DNA of 64,000 nucleotides, from NCBI GenBank assembly GCA_020638635.1, contig JACKIE010000011.1, positions 914 through 64,913 on the forward strand, read 5' to 3'. This stretch comes from Planctomycetota bacterium. Its GTDB lineage: Bacteria; Planctomycetota; UBA8742; UBA2392. Of this stretch, positions 37,508-47,074 are shown one piece after another. Each line of letters opens with the position of its first letter. The first letter of the stretch is position 1. Below the pieces are notes generated by a model. That model did not search any database, was not told where the DNA came from, and saw only the letters and a program-made list of their open reading frames with translations. The position numbers and the translations under genes are program-made.

Positions 37508-38002
37508 CTATTTTTGTGGGCTGGCGGGCGGGTGGATTTCGCGCCAGGCTTGACGCGCAAGCAGGTAATCGCCAAGGCGCTGTGTGCCGACCCACTGACA
37601 CACCAGGGCGACAAACAACGGCGCCGCGAAAGGTAACCATGATCGGACGTCCGAATTCGCCCTCTCCGCCAAGACTGTCGCCGCCATCAATAAAGGCGCA
37701 GAGAAGATGAACAGGACAGCCGCCGAGACAACCGCGGCCGGGCAGGGCTTGCTCATGGTGCGGCAGGCTGCGGGCGAGGCCAGGTTGGCCCGCAGCTCAC
37801 GGCGCTGGAGGACGTGGTGTGTGACGGCCAGCACCGTACCCGCCAGGATCGCCAGCGGCATGAAGGCGAGCACCGTCAGCAGCACCCCCGCCAAGGCGCC
37901 TTCAGGGCCGCCGATGACGCCGCCAATGGTGCCGGCGATCACCAAGCCCACCACGGCCAGCAGCGCCAGGCTTTTGAAGATGCGTGATTCGAGGCTGCGC
38001 AT
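37508..38002 (-). CDS. Hypothetical polytopic membrane protein
   Basis: ATG at 38002 (MRSLESRIFKSLALLAVVGLVIAG...) gives a 164-aa hydrophobic protein, 41 nt downstream of purQ. Confidence 0.45.
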   Translation of the reverse strand: MRSLESRIFKSLALLAVVGLVIAGTIGGVIGGPEGALAGVLLTVLAFMPLAILAGTVLAVTHHVLQRRELRANLASPAACRTMSKPCPAAVVSAAVLFIFSAPLLMAATVLAERANSDVRSWLPFAAPLFVALVCQWVGTQRLGDYLLARQAWREIHPPASPQK

Positions 38003-38042
38003 GGGGGAGATTCTACCACGCGGCGCGACCGGGGGAGAAAAA

Positions 38043-38831
38043 TCAGCCCACCAGCTGGCCCGCGCGGCGCACCGCATTCTGGAACAGCTCGAAGCCGTCA
38101 CCCTTCTCGCGGCGCGGCAGGCGGGTCCACTCCGGGTGATGGAAAGGCCGCACGTTGCGCTCCGGGTGCGGCATCAGCCCGAGCACCTGGCCGCTTTTAC
38201 TGCAAATGCCCGCGATTGCGCGCGACGCCCCGTTGGGGTTGGCCGGGTAGTCCTGGGTGGGTCGGCCGCTCGCATCGACGTACTGGAAGACGATCTGCTG
38301 GTCCTGCTCCAGTTCATCCAGCACGTCGTCGGGCGCCACAAAACGCCCCTCGGCGTGGGCCACCGGGTAGCTCACCACCTTGCGCCCCGACACGAACGGG
38401 GTTTTCTCGCTCACGATGCGCAGGTCCACCCAGCGGTCTTCGTAACGGCCGCTGAGGTTCCAGGCCAGGGTGGCGCGGGGCGGGTCATCGAACACGTCGC
38501 GGCCGGTAAGCAGGCCCGCGCGCAGCAGCACCTGGAAGCCGTTGCAGATGCCGAGCATCAGCTTGCCGGACTCGATGAACTTCTCGATCTGCGACTTGAG
38601 CCGGGTGCGCAGCTGGTTGGCGAACACCACTCCGGAGCCCAGGTCGTCGCCGTAGCTGAAGCCGCCCGGGATGGCCAGCAGGTGGAAGAGCAGCAGGCGG
38701 TCGGGATCGGCCAGCAGCTCGTTGATGTGCAGGATCTCGGTCTCGGCGCCGGCCTGGCGCAGGGTCCAGGCGGTTTCCCGCTCACAGTTGGTGCCGGCTG
38801 CACGAAGGATCAACGCCCGCGGCTGGTTCAT
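38043..38831 (-). CDS. purQ: Phosphoribosylformylglycinamidine synthase subunit PurQ (glutaminase)
   Basis: ATG at 38831 preceded by GGAGG. It has ILRAAGTNCERE, GGFSYGDDLGSG, a GICNGFQVL nucleophile elbow, and the C-terminal HPER motif. Confidence 0.92.
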   Translation of the reverse strand: MNQPRALILRAAGTNCERETAWTLRQAGAETEILHINELLADPDRLLLFHLLAIPGGFSYGDDLGSGVVFANQLRTRLKSQIEKFIESGKLMLGICNGFQVLLRAGLLTGRDVFDDPPRATLAWNLSGRYEDRWVDLRIVSEKTPFVSGRKVVSYPVAHAEGRFVAPDDVLDELEQDQQIVFQYVDASGRPTQDYPANPNGASRAIAGICSKSGQVLGLMPHPERNVRPFHHPEWTRLPRREKGDGFELFQNAVRRAGQLVG

Positions 38832-38929
38832 ATGGGCCTCCACCGCGATTCAATCCTGCCCGCGCGCCCGCCGCAAGACTTGGAAAAGCGCGTTGCCCAC
38901 GAAGGACGCCAGGAAATGCAACTTCTGTG

Positions 38930-39400
38930 CTCACGCGGAGGCGCCAAGGCGCAAAGAACTGCAAAACGCCAGGACGCCAGGGTGCGCCACGGCCTTTATC
39001 TTGGGCGGCTGCCTTTCGTTTCGACGAGTCGGAAGACACGCCCACAACAATAGAGCCGTGGCGTTCTTTGCGCCTTGGCGTTGGACAACCGTCCGTGTTC
39101 ACGAGCAGCGTTCGGATTACGCCAGGTGCTTTGCGCCTTAGCGCCCCCGCGTGGCCCATGCAGTGGTAGTTGCCTTTCGGCAGCAGCGGCATGCAACCGC
39201 GAAGTACCGCCCAGGACCGCGAAGAACGGCATAAGCCACGCGGGGGCGCGAGGGCGCGAAGGTCATTCCGACGTTGCAGACTGTCCGGCCAAACAACGGC
39301 GATGGGCCACAAGAACACGAAAACACGAAAGGCACCGCCACAAAACACTTCGACTTTCGTGGCAGTTCTTTTGTGCTTTCGTGTTTTCCTGGCCCCGATC
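38930..39400. repeat. Repeat-dense non-coding region with nested inverted repeats
   Basis: An 18-bp inverted repeat CGCCAAGGCGCAAAGAAC (38942-38959) pairs with GTTCTTTGCGCCTTGGCG (39063-39080). A 13-bp inverted repeat GAAAACACGAAAG (39319-39331) pairs with CTTTCGTGTTTTC (39376-39388). Motifs are shared with 23145-23300. Confidence 0.7.
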
Positions 39401-39462
39401 CCATCGGCCGCAGCGGGCCCAACCACGCCGGGCTCCTGACACGAATGCTTGTAACCCGCAGG

Positions 39463-39966
39463 TCAGACCGTGCTGGGCAGGGGCAGGATGCTTTCCAGCG
39501 GCAGCACGGCGCGCGCGAACGCCGGCCACTCAAAGCCGAAAGTGCCCCACTTCTCGCTGCGCGGGCGTGCGATGCGCTGGGCGGCCGCGATCGGCAGCAG
39601 GCAGAAACGATACACCCCGGCGGGCGTCTCGTGCGGTGTGCAGTCCAGCAGGGCCGCGCGGCCGGGCGCGGCATGCGGCGGCTGGAAGAAGGCGAACAGG
39701 AAGGCGGGCTCGGCCGCGTCCCCCAGCAGGCTCTTCCAGCCCATCATCGAGAACAGGTCCGTGCGCGTGATCCAGGGCCGGTCGCGGCGGCCCTTTAGGT
39801 CGAGTGCCCAGACTGTTTCGAGGCCGTTGACCAGGAAGTCGAAGTTCTTCAGCTGGATGCCGTTCAGCACCGGGCGGCGCGCTTCATTCACGGCCAGGGC
39901 GCGCCCGCCGGCCTCGACCAGCAGGCCGCTGAAGGCCATCTCGTAATGGTTCTTGTCCCCGGCCAT
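39463..39966 (-). CDS. Hypothetical protein resembling the HYExAFE family
   Basis: 167 aa starting MAGDKNHYEMAFSGLL, close to the HYExAFE N-terminal motif as I recall it from RefSeq naming. The function is unknown. Confidence 0.55.
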   Translation of the reverse strand: MAGDKNHYEMAFSGLLVEAGGRALAVNEARRPVLNGIQLKNFDFLVNGLETVWALDLKGRRDRPWITRTDLFSMMGWKSLLGDAAEPAFLFAFFQPPHAAPGRAALLDCTPHETPAGVYRFCLLPIAAAQRIARPRSEKWGTFGFEWPAFARAVLPLESILPLPSTV

Positions 39967-40222
39967 GGCCGTAGTGTAGTCGATTGCTGGGCGGTATGAA
40001 ATCGCGAAGCGGAGAAGACGTCTTCAATGCGGCCGGCCCCCAGACACCGCGAAAGGCGTTCAACCACGAAGGGCCACCAAGGGCCACGAAGTGACTCACT
40101 CAGGCCGGGCAGTTCTTGGTGGCCCTTAGTGGCTCCCGCCGTTGCCATTAAAGAGCGCGACGGCTTCGGTTTCATAATCCGCAGCGGGGGGCATGCGGGA
40201 GCCGAGCCGCTCGCATGGAACG

Positions 40223-41533
40223 TTACAGCGAGAGACCCTTCATGCTGCGCAGGGGCGGCAGGGCGTTCAGTGCTGTGATCAGCTCAGGTGCGCTCTGGAA
40301 GCGCAGATCCTTGTCGCGTTCCACCAGCTTGTCGATTACGGCGCACAGGTCAGGGCTGACGTCGGGCGCCAGGTCGGAAAGTCGCGGGCGCGACTTGGTC
40401 AGGTGAGCCAGTACAACCTGCTGCAGGTTGTCGCCCGGGAACAGCGGAACGCCGCTGAGCAGGTGGAAGAACGTCGCGCCCAGGGAGTACAGGTCGCTGC
40501 GGCTGTCGATCTGTTTGTCGCCGTTTGCCTGTTCGGGGCTGATATAATGAGGCGTGCCGAGCAGGTAGCCCTCGGCTGTCTGGCCCAGGTCGTCGCGCAG
40601 GCGTGACAGCCCGAAGTCGCCCAGCTTGGCCACGTCATCCTGGCTGACGTATATGTTCCCCGGCTTGATGTCGCGGTGAATCAGGCGCTTTTCCTCGAGG
40701 AACTGGATGGCCTCCGCCATGTGCAGCATGTAGCGGCGCGCTTTGGCCTCGGGCAGTTTGCCTCCCTCTTCGTGGAGACAGTTGTCGAGGGCCTGCCCCT
40801 CGACCAGCTCCTGCACCATGAAGTGCACGTCCTGGTACTCGCCCATGGTGTAGGTGCGCACGATGTGCGGGTGGATCAGCCGCACGGCGATCTCATTGCT
40901 GCGCGCCAGGCGCTTGATGAAGCCATCTTTCACGGCGGCGAAAGGACTGATGATCTTGAGCGCCACTGGCTTCAGGTTCACCGGCTCCATGGCGCGATAC
41001 ACGGTGGCAGTGCCGCCCTGGCCAAGCTTGTCGATGATCGTGAAACCGGCAAAGTCCTTGCTGACGATCTGCCCGGTCTCCTTGAAGCGCCGGACAGCGT
41101 CGTCCTCCTCCGCGGATTCCAACCCCTGGGCGGTGGTCTCGTCCAGGTTCTTCTTTACGCCCGAAGCCTTGCGCAGCAGGATGCGCACGCGCGCCGCCAG
41201 TTCGGCCTGGCGGAAGGGCTTTACCAGGTACTCGTCGGCGCCGGCCTCGATGCCCTCCACTACGTCCTGCTCTTCGCCCAGCTGTGACATCAGGATGATC
41301 GGCACCGTGGCCAGGTCCGGGTCGTCGCGCATTTTCTTGGTGGCCTTCAGGCCGCTCAGCTTGGGCATCATGATGTCCATGATGATCAGCGTGGGCTTGA
41401 AAGCGCGGGACTTGTCCAGCGCGTCCTGGCCGTCTACCGCAACCTGCACCTCGAATCCCAGCTTGCGCAACTGCGCGGACAGCACCGTGCGCAGTTCGCG
41501 GGAGTCATCGGCGATCAGGATGCGTTCGGACAT
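40223..41533 (-). CDS. Response-regulator receiver domain fused to a Ser/Thr protein kinase
   Basis: The REC domain has ILIADDSRELR...LIIMDIMMPKLSG...YLVKPF. The Hanks kinase has LGQGGTATVYRA, HRDIKPGNIYV, DFGLSR and GTPHYISPEQ. Confidence 0.9.
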   Translation of the reverse strand: MSERILIADDSRELRTVLSAQLRKLGFEVQVAVDGQDALDKSRAFKPTLIIMDIMMPKLSGLKATKKMRDDPDLATVPIILMSQLGEEQDVVEGIEAGADEYLVKPFRQAELAARVRILLRKASGVKKNLDETTAQGLESAEEDDAVRRFKETGQIVSKDFAGFTIIDKLGQGGTATVYRAMEPVNLKPVALKIISPFAAVKDGFIKRLARSNEIAVRLIHPHIVRTYTMGEYQDVHFMVQELVEGQALDNCLHEEGGKLPEAKARRYMLHMAEAIQFLEEKRLIHRDIKPGNIYVSQDDVAKLGDFGLSRLRDDLGQTAEGYLLGTPHYISPEQANGDKQIDSRSDLYSLGATFFHLLSGVPLFPGDNLQQVVLAHLTKSRPRLSDLAPDVSPDLCAVIDKLVERDKDLRFQSAPELITALNALPPLRSMKGLSL

Positions 41534-41706
41534 CGGGTTTCCGGGCCTGGCGGACAGAACCCATTATTCCGGCACGGAGCGCGACGTCAACGGACCCGCA
41601 ACCGCCGCGCGTTATGGGTTGCCGGCGTGCGTAAAGCCTGACCGGTAGTTGACAAGCGCCCCAAACAGCGGTAATCGTTGCCCCCCGCGGCCGCAATGCC
41701 GCCAAC

Positions 41707-41782
41707 GCACCCGTAGCTCAATGGATAGAGCATCTGACTACGGATCAGAAGGTTGAAGGTTCGACTCCTTCCGGGTGTACCA
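41707..41782 (+). tRNA. tRNA-Arg (anticodon ACG), CCA encoded
   Basis: Manual cloverleaf: acceptor GCACCCG/CGGGTGT (G1-U72 wobble), D arm GCTC-AATGGATA-GAGC, anticodon arm TCTGA-CTACGGA-TCAGA, T arm GAAGG-TTCGACT-CCTTC, discriminator A, then CCA. Confidence 0.88.
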
Positions 41783-41957
41783 GTCATCAACGAGCGGTCG
41801 TGTCACCAGGGCGGTGGCGCGACCGCTTCGCTTACGGCCGACCTCGTCCGCCTTTTGGCTGGTTTTGGCCGTCCTGCTTTTCGCCCGCAACGGCTGTCGC
41901 AGGGCCCGACTCACTTGGGTGTACCGGCCCGCCGTTGCCACGCAATCCGGGCATGGG

Positions 41958-42485
41958 CTAGAACCTGATCACGCTGACGGTCTGGATGTCGTCGAACGGA
42001 AGGCTGGCGGTACGGTTGGCGGTACGCACAGCCTCGGCGTCCGGGGCCTCGTACAGGCAGATCATGCGTTTGCGGTCCTTGGCGAAGTAGCTGCGCAGGA
42101 ACTTCACGCGGTGCTGCTGCAGGCACCAGGCGAAGGCGTCTTCCTGGGCCTGCACGTCGTCGAACGCAACCGGCTGCTCCCAGCTGCGGGTCACAAGCAC
42201 CAGCTCACCGGCTTCAGGCTGAACCAGGTCGGGCTCCGGTCCGTGAATCGTGGCGCTGTACACATGGCTGAAGGGCGCGTCGCTGTTTCGGTTGGCGGTG
42301 CGCACGGACTCCGCATCAGGTGCGCGGAACAGGCAATCCAGCCCGCGCCCGTCGCGAGACAAATAGGCACGCACGTGTTCGACACGATGAATGTCTGAGC
42401 ATCCCCGCAATCGCGCACGCAGAGCCTGGATGTCGTCAAAGTTGGCGGCCTGTGGCAGTTCGCGCTCGACGATTACCCACTCCAT
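41958..42485 (-). CDS. Tandem DUF4242-like domain protein
   Basis: 175 aa made of two internally homologous halves sharing FDD(I/V)QA...H(R)V...CL(F/Y)xAPDAE(S/A)VRTANR...PF. The start overlaps the stop of the upstream regulator by 1 nt. Confidence 0.7.
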   Translation of the reverse strand: MEWVIVERELPQAANFDDIQALRARLRGCSDIHRVEHVRAYLSRDGRGLDCLFRAPDAESVRTANRNSDAPFSHVYSATIHGPEPDLVQPEAGELVLVTRSWEQPVAFDDVQAQEDAFAWCLQQHRVKFLRSYFAKDRKRMICLYEAPDAEAVRTANRTASLPFDDIQTVSVIRF

Positions 42486-45484
42486 CAGCGACTCCTCCCC
42501 GCTCCGGCCACGGCTTCAACCTTTTCTCTGACCTTGCGCGCCAGTCGCTCGGCCGGGAGCTTTCCTAGTGCGGCAACCTGCTGCTTTGCCGCCCGGGTAT
42601 CGCCGTTTGCCTCCGCGGCCTGCAGCAGCAGCAGCCTGGCGGCGGCGGCATCTGTGAGGCGCTGCAACAGCTCGGCCAGCTGCAATGCTTCCGTGGCGCG
42701 CGCCGCCGCCTGGCCGGTGCGGGCCTGCCGCACGTCCAGCGCGGCCATTTGAATAAGCGCGTGCAGCAGGTGCTGCTTGGCGTCTACCTCGCGCAGCTGC
42801 GCGACGTCGCGCTCGAACTCGGATTGCGCGTCCTGCCCCGCAGCCTGGCGCGCGACATCCAGCATCACCGCGGCGCAAGGCGCTTCGCTGCCGCCGCGCA
42901 GCTTCTGGCCGATCTCAAGCAACTCCTTGGCCAGCGGCAGCGCGGCGTCGGTATTGCCGCGTTCGAGCTCAAGCAACAGCCGGTGATCCAGCACCTGGAA
43001 TTCGGAGACGCGGTCGCCGCGCGCACGTGCCAGCGACTGCGCGCGCTCGAACAGCCCGGCGGCTTCTTCCACTTTCCCCTCGTGCAGTCGCAGCATGCCG
43101 GCCGCGTGCAGCATGCCCGCGGATTCCACGCCGCTGCGGCGCGCCATGGCGTTGGCTTCGAGCAGCAGGGCCTCGGCCTGACCGAGGTCGCGCTCGAGCA
43201 TGGCGAGACAGCGGGCGGCCTCGGCCATGGCGAGCGCGCGCTGCTCGGGGCCGGCGTCGCGGCTGGCGACCTCGGCACGCATCATCTGGCGCTGGGCGTC
43301 GCCCCATTCGCCCCCCTCCCAGCGCAGCCAGGCCGCCATGTGGAAGCCGAGCCGCGCGTGCTCAAGGCAGCCGAGGTCCAGCGCGTGCTCGGCCAGTTGC
43401 TGCAGCTCGTCGGCGGTTCGGCCCAGCTTCTCGGGCTTGCGGGCGCCCAGCTGTACCTCGTGCAGTTCCAGCATCAGGCGTGTGCGCTGCGGGTCATCGA
43501 GCTTTGCGGCGAAAGCCATGCCGCGGCGCGCGAAGCCGTCGGCCTCGCTGCCCGCGTACAGGCGCAGGCAACGGCGACCGGCAGTCACGCAGCTTTCGGC
43601 GGCCAGCTTGAACTCGCCGGCCTGCGAGGCGTGGTGGGCGACGTCGGCGGCGATGCGGCCGTCCGGGTCTTCGCGCGCCGCCAGCAGTTGCGCGACTTTC
43701 AGGTGCATCAGGCGTCTACGCGGGCCGGACAACTCGTCGTAGATGGCGCGGCGTGTGATCTCGTGAGGGAATGAGAACGCGCCCAGCGGCGTGCGCGCGT
43801 CGGGTGCGCTCTGCATCAGGGCGTAGCGCTCGAGGATCTCCAGCGCTTCCACCAGTTGCTCCGGGGATTGGTTCGCCAGCTCCGCCAGCAGATCTACGGG
43901 CGCGAAACACCCCACCACGGCTCCCCAGCGCAGTATCTCGAGCGCGCCGTCCGGCAGGGTTTCGGTGCGTTCGCGGATCGCGCCCGTGATTGACGCCGGC
44001 AGCGAATCGCGCCCTTGTGCGCCACGTGCGAGTTCGAGGGCAAACAGTGGGTTGCCTCCGCTGTCGCGGAAGATCGCGTCCGCGTCGGCATCAGGGGCGA
44101 CGCTGCGGATCAGCTTGCCCGCATCGGCCTGGTGCAGGGGCGCAAGCTCGCGCTCGTGCAGCAGGCCGTCGCGGTTGAACTGGCGCACCAACCGCAAGGC
44201 AGCATCGTTGTCCGGCAACTCGCCGGCGCGGCCCGCCAGCAGCAGCAGCAGCGGGCGGTGTTTGTTCGTGCGCACGGCGTAGTGCAGCAGCTCGATGCTG
44301 GCGGCGTCGAGCCATTGCACGTCATCCAGCATCAACACCACGGGCGGCGCGGAATGCGCCCGTGCGGCGATCAACTCGCTGATTGCGCCGAACAGCTGCT
44401 CCCGGCTGCCGCCTTGTCGTGCGGCCGCGCCCAGCAGCGGGGCCAACTCTCCCGCCAGCTCGGCGCCGATGGCATGTTTCGAGATGCGGCCGAGCGCGTC
44501 GATCCACGGTCCATAGGGTCGATCCTGCTCGATCTCGAACGAGCGCCCGGCCAGCACCGTGGCGCCGGCCCGCGCAAGCTGCTGAGCAAGCTCATCCATC
44601 AGCCGGGACTTGCCGATTCCAGGCGGCCCTGACAGCAGTAGGCCATGGGCGCGGCGCTTCTCGCGTGCGGATTCGGCCAGTGCGGCGATTTCACCGAGTT
44701 CCGTGTCGCGCCCGACCAGGGGGGCGCGGATGGCGGTCGCCGTTTCGGCGCGCCGGGCGGGTTCCGCGGCGGGTGTCCTGGGCTGAACCTGTGTGGCCTG
44801 CAGCAACTCGGGTCCCGGTTGCTCGCCCAACTCCGCCAGAAGGCGCCTGGCGGCCTCCAGCTGATTCTGCGCCTCGCGGTGACGGCCGGCAGCAACCAGC
44901 AGCCGCACCAATTGCGCCTGCACAGGTTGGCTGAACGGATCGACGTGCGCCAGCCGGCGCGCCAAGGGCAGGGCGCTATCCGGGTCGGGCTTTCGGCGCA
45001 CGCCCTCGGCCAGCAGGCGGGCGTGGGCGCGGCGCGCGGTTTCGCGCTGGCCCGCGACCCAGCCGTGGAAATCCGTGAACTCGGTGAGTTCCAATCCTTC
45101 CAGGAACTCGCCACGCACCTGGGCGAGCAATCGCTCTAGCTCGTCGTCACTGAGCTTGCCCGGCTCAGCCGCGCACAGGAGGTGCAAGTCTACAAGCGCG
45201 CCTTGCGCCTCGAATACCACCTCTTCGCGGGTAGCCTTGAGGCGCTCAATGTCGTCGTTCACCAGCGGGCGCAGCTTGGAGAGGCACCAGCGCAGCGCGC
45301 CGCGCGGGTCGTCGGCCACGTCCCACAGCAGGTCGCAGAGGCGGTCGCGCCGCTGCGGCTTGGCCGTGACCGCCAGGTAGGCCAGCAGCGCGCGGGTTTT
45401 CTTTGACTGCGGCAGCTCCACAGCCTCGCCGTCGCGCAGCACGCGCACCTCACCCAGCAACCCGATTTCCAGACCGGCGTCCAT
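42485..45484 (-). CDS. SARP/AfsR-like regulator: winged-helix DNA-binding domain, BTAD, AAA+/STAND ATPase and TPR-like domains
   Basis: 999 aa. The N-terminus is LLGEVRVLRDGEAVELPQSKKTRALLAYLA...LLWDVADDPRGALRWCLSKLRP. Walker A is LLLSGPPGIGKSRL and Walker B-like is VVLMLDDVQWLD. The C-terminal half is long and helical-repeat. Confidence 0.85.
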   Translation of the reverse strand: MDAGLEIGLLGEVRVLRDGEAVELPQSKKTRALLAYLAVTAKPQRRDRLCDLLWDVADDPRGALRWCLSKLRPLVNDDIERLKATREEVVFEAQGALVDLHLLCAAEPGKLSDDELERLLAQVRGEFLEGLELTEFTDFHGWVAGQRETARRAHARLLAEGVRRKPDPDSALPLARRLAHVDPFSQPVQAQLVRLLVAAGRHREAQNQLEAARRLLAELGEQPGPELLQATQVQPRTPAAEPARRAETATAIRAPLVGRDTELGEIAALAESAREKRRAHGLLLSGPPGIGKSRLMDELAQQLARAGATVLAGRSFEIEQDRPYGPWIDALGRISKHAIGAELAGELAPLLGAAARQGGSREQLFGAISELIAARAHSAPPVVLMLDDVQWLDAASIELLHYAVRTNKHRPLLLLLAGRAGELPDNDAALRLVRQFNRDGLLHERELAPLHQADAGKLIRSVAPDADADAIFRDSGGNPLFALELARGAQGRDSLPASITGAIRERTETLPDGALEILRWGAVVGCFAPVDLLAELANQSPEQLVEALEILERYALMQSAPDARTPLGAFSFPHEITRRAIYDELSGPRRRLMHLKVAQLLAAREDPDGRIAADVAHHASQAGEFKLAAESCVTAGRRCLRLYAGSEADGFARRGMAFAAKLDDPQRTRLMLELHEVQLGARKPEKLGRTADELQQLAEHALDLGCLEHARLGFHMAAWLRWEGGEWGDAQRQMMRAEVASRDAGPEQRALAMAEAARCLAMLERDLGQAEALLLEANAMARRSGVESAGMLHAAGMLRLHEGKVEEAAGLFERAQSLARARGDRVSEFQVLDHRLLLELERGNTDAALPLAKELLEIGQKLRGGSEAPCAAVMLDVARQAAGQDAQSEFERDVAQLREVDAKQHLLHALIQMAALDVRQARTGQAAARATEALQLAELLQRLTDAAAARLLLLQAAEANGDTRAAKQQVAALGKLPAERLARKVREKVEAVAGAGRSR

Positions 45485-45490
45485 GTGCGG

Positions 45491-47074
45491 CTAGTTTGTT
45501 AAAAGGAAGCGGCGTACTTCCAGCATGAATTTCGACCATGCCGGCTCGTCCTCAAGCAGCAGGTGGTTGCGGCTTTCCAACGGCACGAAGCGTGCGCCGG
45601 CAATCCCGCCCGCGAGGCGGCGGCCTTCCTCGAAGGGCACGGTTTCGTCCCCCGCGGCGTGCAGCACCAGGGTGGGCGCTTGCACCCGGCCCAGCAGCTC
45701 CGTGACGTCCGTGTCGCCGCTGATGGTGCGGATTGCCACGGCGTTCTCCGGCGAGCACGACACGCGCTGCAGCTTGTTGAACCAGTCGGCTTGCTCGGGC
45801 GTCGCCCCCGGCATGAACAATGAGGTGAACAGCTGCCGGAAGGCCGGATTCTCCTGCCCCCAGCCGTAGCGCATCAGGTTCAGCATCGCCTCGGCGGCCT
45901 GCAGCTTCGCGGGCGTTGCGCGTTTGCGCCAGCCGCGCGCGTAGCCACCGTACAGCACGAGTTTGCTGACGCGTTCCGGGTGGCGAGCCGCGTAGGCCAC
46001 CGCTACGGCGCAGCCCTGGGAGATGCCCAGGATCGGCACGCGTTCAGCGCCGACAGCGTCCATCACGGTCGCAAAGTCCTCAACGAAACGATCGAACGCA
46101 AACGTGGGTACATTCCAGTCGCTGAGCCCGTTGCCGCGCTGGTCATGGCGCAGCAGCGTGAAGTCTTTCGAGAGGTCGCGCGCCAGGTGACGCCAAAGGG
46201 GGCTGTACCAGTCGTACTCAAGATGCGTCAGCCAATTGCTGGTCTTTACCAGCAGGGGTCCCCGGCCGATGGTGGCGTAAGCGAGTTGAACGCCGTCGGA
46301 GGCGCGACAAAAACCGATGCGCTGCGCCGGCGGCGCGTCGTGCGGCCCCCCGGACTGCGCTTCGCGAATCGCGGTGGTGAGCAGGCCCACCGGCTCAACC
46401 TGGAGCCGTTTCAGGGTGTGCTGCGCCGCGGCGTAGTGTTCCTCGGCGTCGCGCGCGCGGCCGAGGCGCACCAACAGCCGCACGACGCGAGCCTGGCTGT
46501 CCTCGACCTGCGGCTCCAGGCGCGCCAGAATGCGGGCATGCTGCAGCGCGCGCTCGGGGTCGTGCTCCAGTTTGTCCAGCAGGGCTCGCAGTGTCCCTGC
46601 GCGCATGCGGCGAGCGCGCTGCCGCTGGGCCAGGCACCAGGCGTGGAACTCATGGTGGTCCGGCAACTCGACGCCCTCCAGGAACTCGCCCTGGGTCTGC
46701 TCGAGCACGGCTTCTAGCTGAAGCGGGTCCATGGCCGTGGCGTTTTTCCAGGCGTGCTCCAGGTCGGACAAGTCGAGGTCAAGCTCGGTGGTTTCCAGCC
46801 GCACGCTGGTGCGGTCGGCGACCACGCGGGCGTGTCCGTCGCCGTCCAGCGCGGGGCGCAGCTTCGACAGGCACCAGCGCAGCGCGCCGCGCGGGTCGTC
46901 GGCGACGTCCCACAGCAGGTTGCACAATTGCTCGCGAGTGTGGGGCTTGCCGCTCACGGCCAGCCAGGCCAGCAGCGCGCGCGCCTTGCGCGACTGCGGC
47001 AGATCGACAGGAACGCCGTCGTGCAACACGCGAAGCTCACCGAGCAGCTTGATTCTCAGATGGTTTGCGCCCAT
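45491..47074 (-). CDS. SARP-like winged-helix and BTAD regulator fused to an alpha/beta-hydrolase domain
   Basis: ATG at 47074. The N-terminus is paralogous to the neighbouring regulator (LLGELRVLHDGVPVDLPQSRKARALLAWLA...LLWDVADDPRGALRWCLSKLRP). The C-terminal hydrolase fold has the nucleophile elbow GISQGC. Confidence 0.8.
   Translation of the reverse strand: MGANHLRIKLLGELRVLHDGVPVDLPQSRKARALLAWLAVSGKPHTREQLCNLLWDVADDPRGALRWCLSKLRPALDGDGHARVVADRTSVRLETTELDLDLSDLEHAWKNATAMDPLQLEAVLEQTQGEFLEGVELPDHHEFHAWCLAQRQRARRMRAGTLRALLDKLEHDPERALQHARILARLEPQVEDSQARVVRLLVRLGRARDAEEHYAAAQHTLKRLQVEPVGLLTTAIREAQSGGPHDAPPAQRIGFCRASDGVQLAYATIGRGPLLVKTSNWLTHLEYDWYSPLWRHLARDLSKDFTLLRHDQRGNGLSDWNVPTFAFDRFVEDFATVMDAVGAERVPILGISQGCAVAVAYAARHPERVSKLVLYGGYARGWRKRATPAKLQAAEAMLNLMRYGWGQENPAFRQLFTSLFMPGATPEQADWFNKLQRVSCSPENAVAIRTISGDTDVTELLGRVQAPTLVLHAAGDETVPFEEGRRLAGGIAGARFVPLESRNHLLLEDEPAWSKFMLEVRRFLLTN

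Noticed and set aside
37707-39053. 448-aa plus-strand ORF
   Set aside because: It is antisense to purQ and to the hypothetical membrane gene, and it runs into the repeat-dense region.
38927-39798. ORFs over the repeat-dense region (for example 39075..39770 at 231 aa and 38782..39426 at 214 aa)
   Set aside because: The translations are low in complexity and mirror the inverted-repeat structure. No start context or family resemblance was found, so I treat the region as non-coding repeats.
42749-45380. Multiple plus-strand ORFs (341, 194, 180, 205, 183, 164 aa and others)
   Set aside because: All are antisense to the 999-aa SARP/AAA+/TPR regulator.
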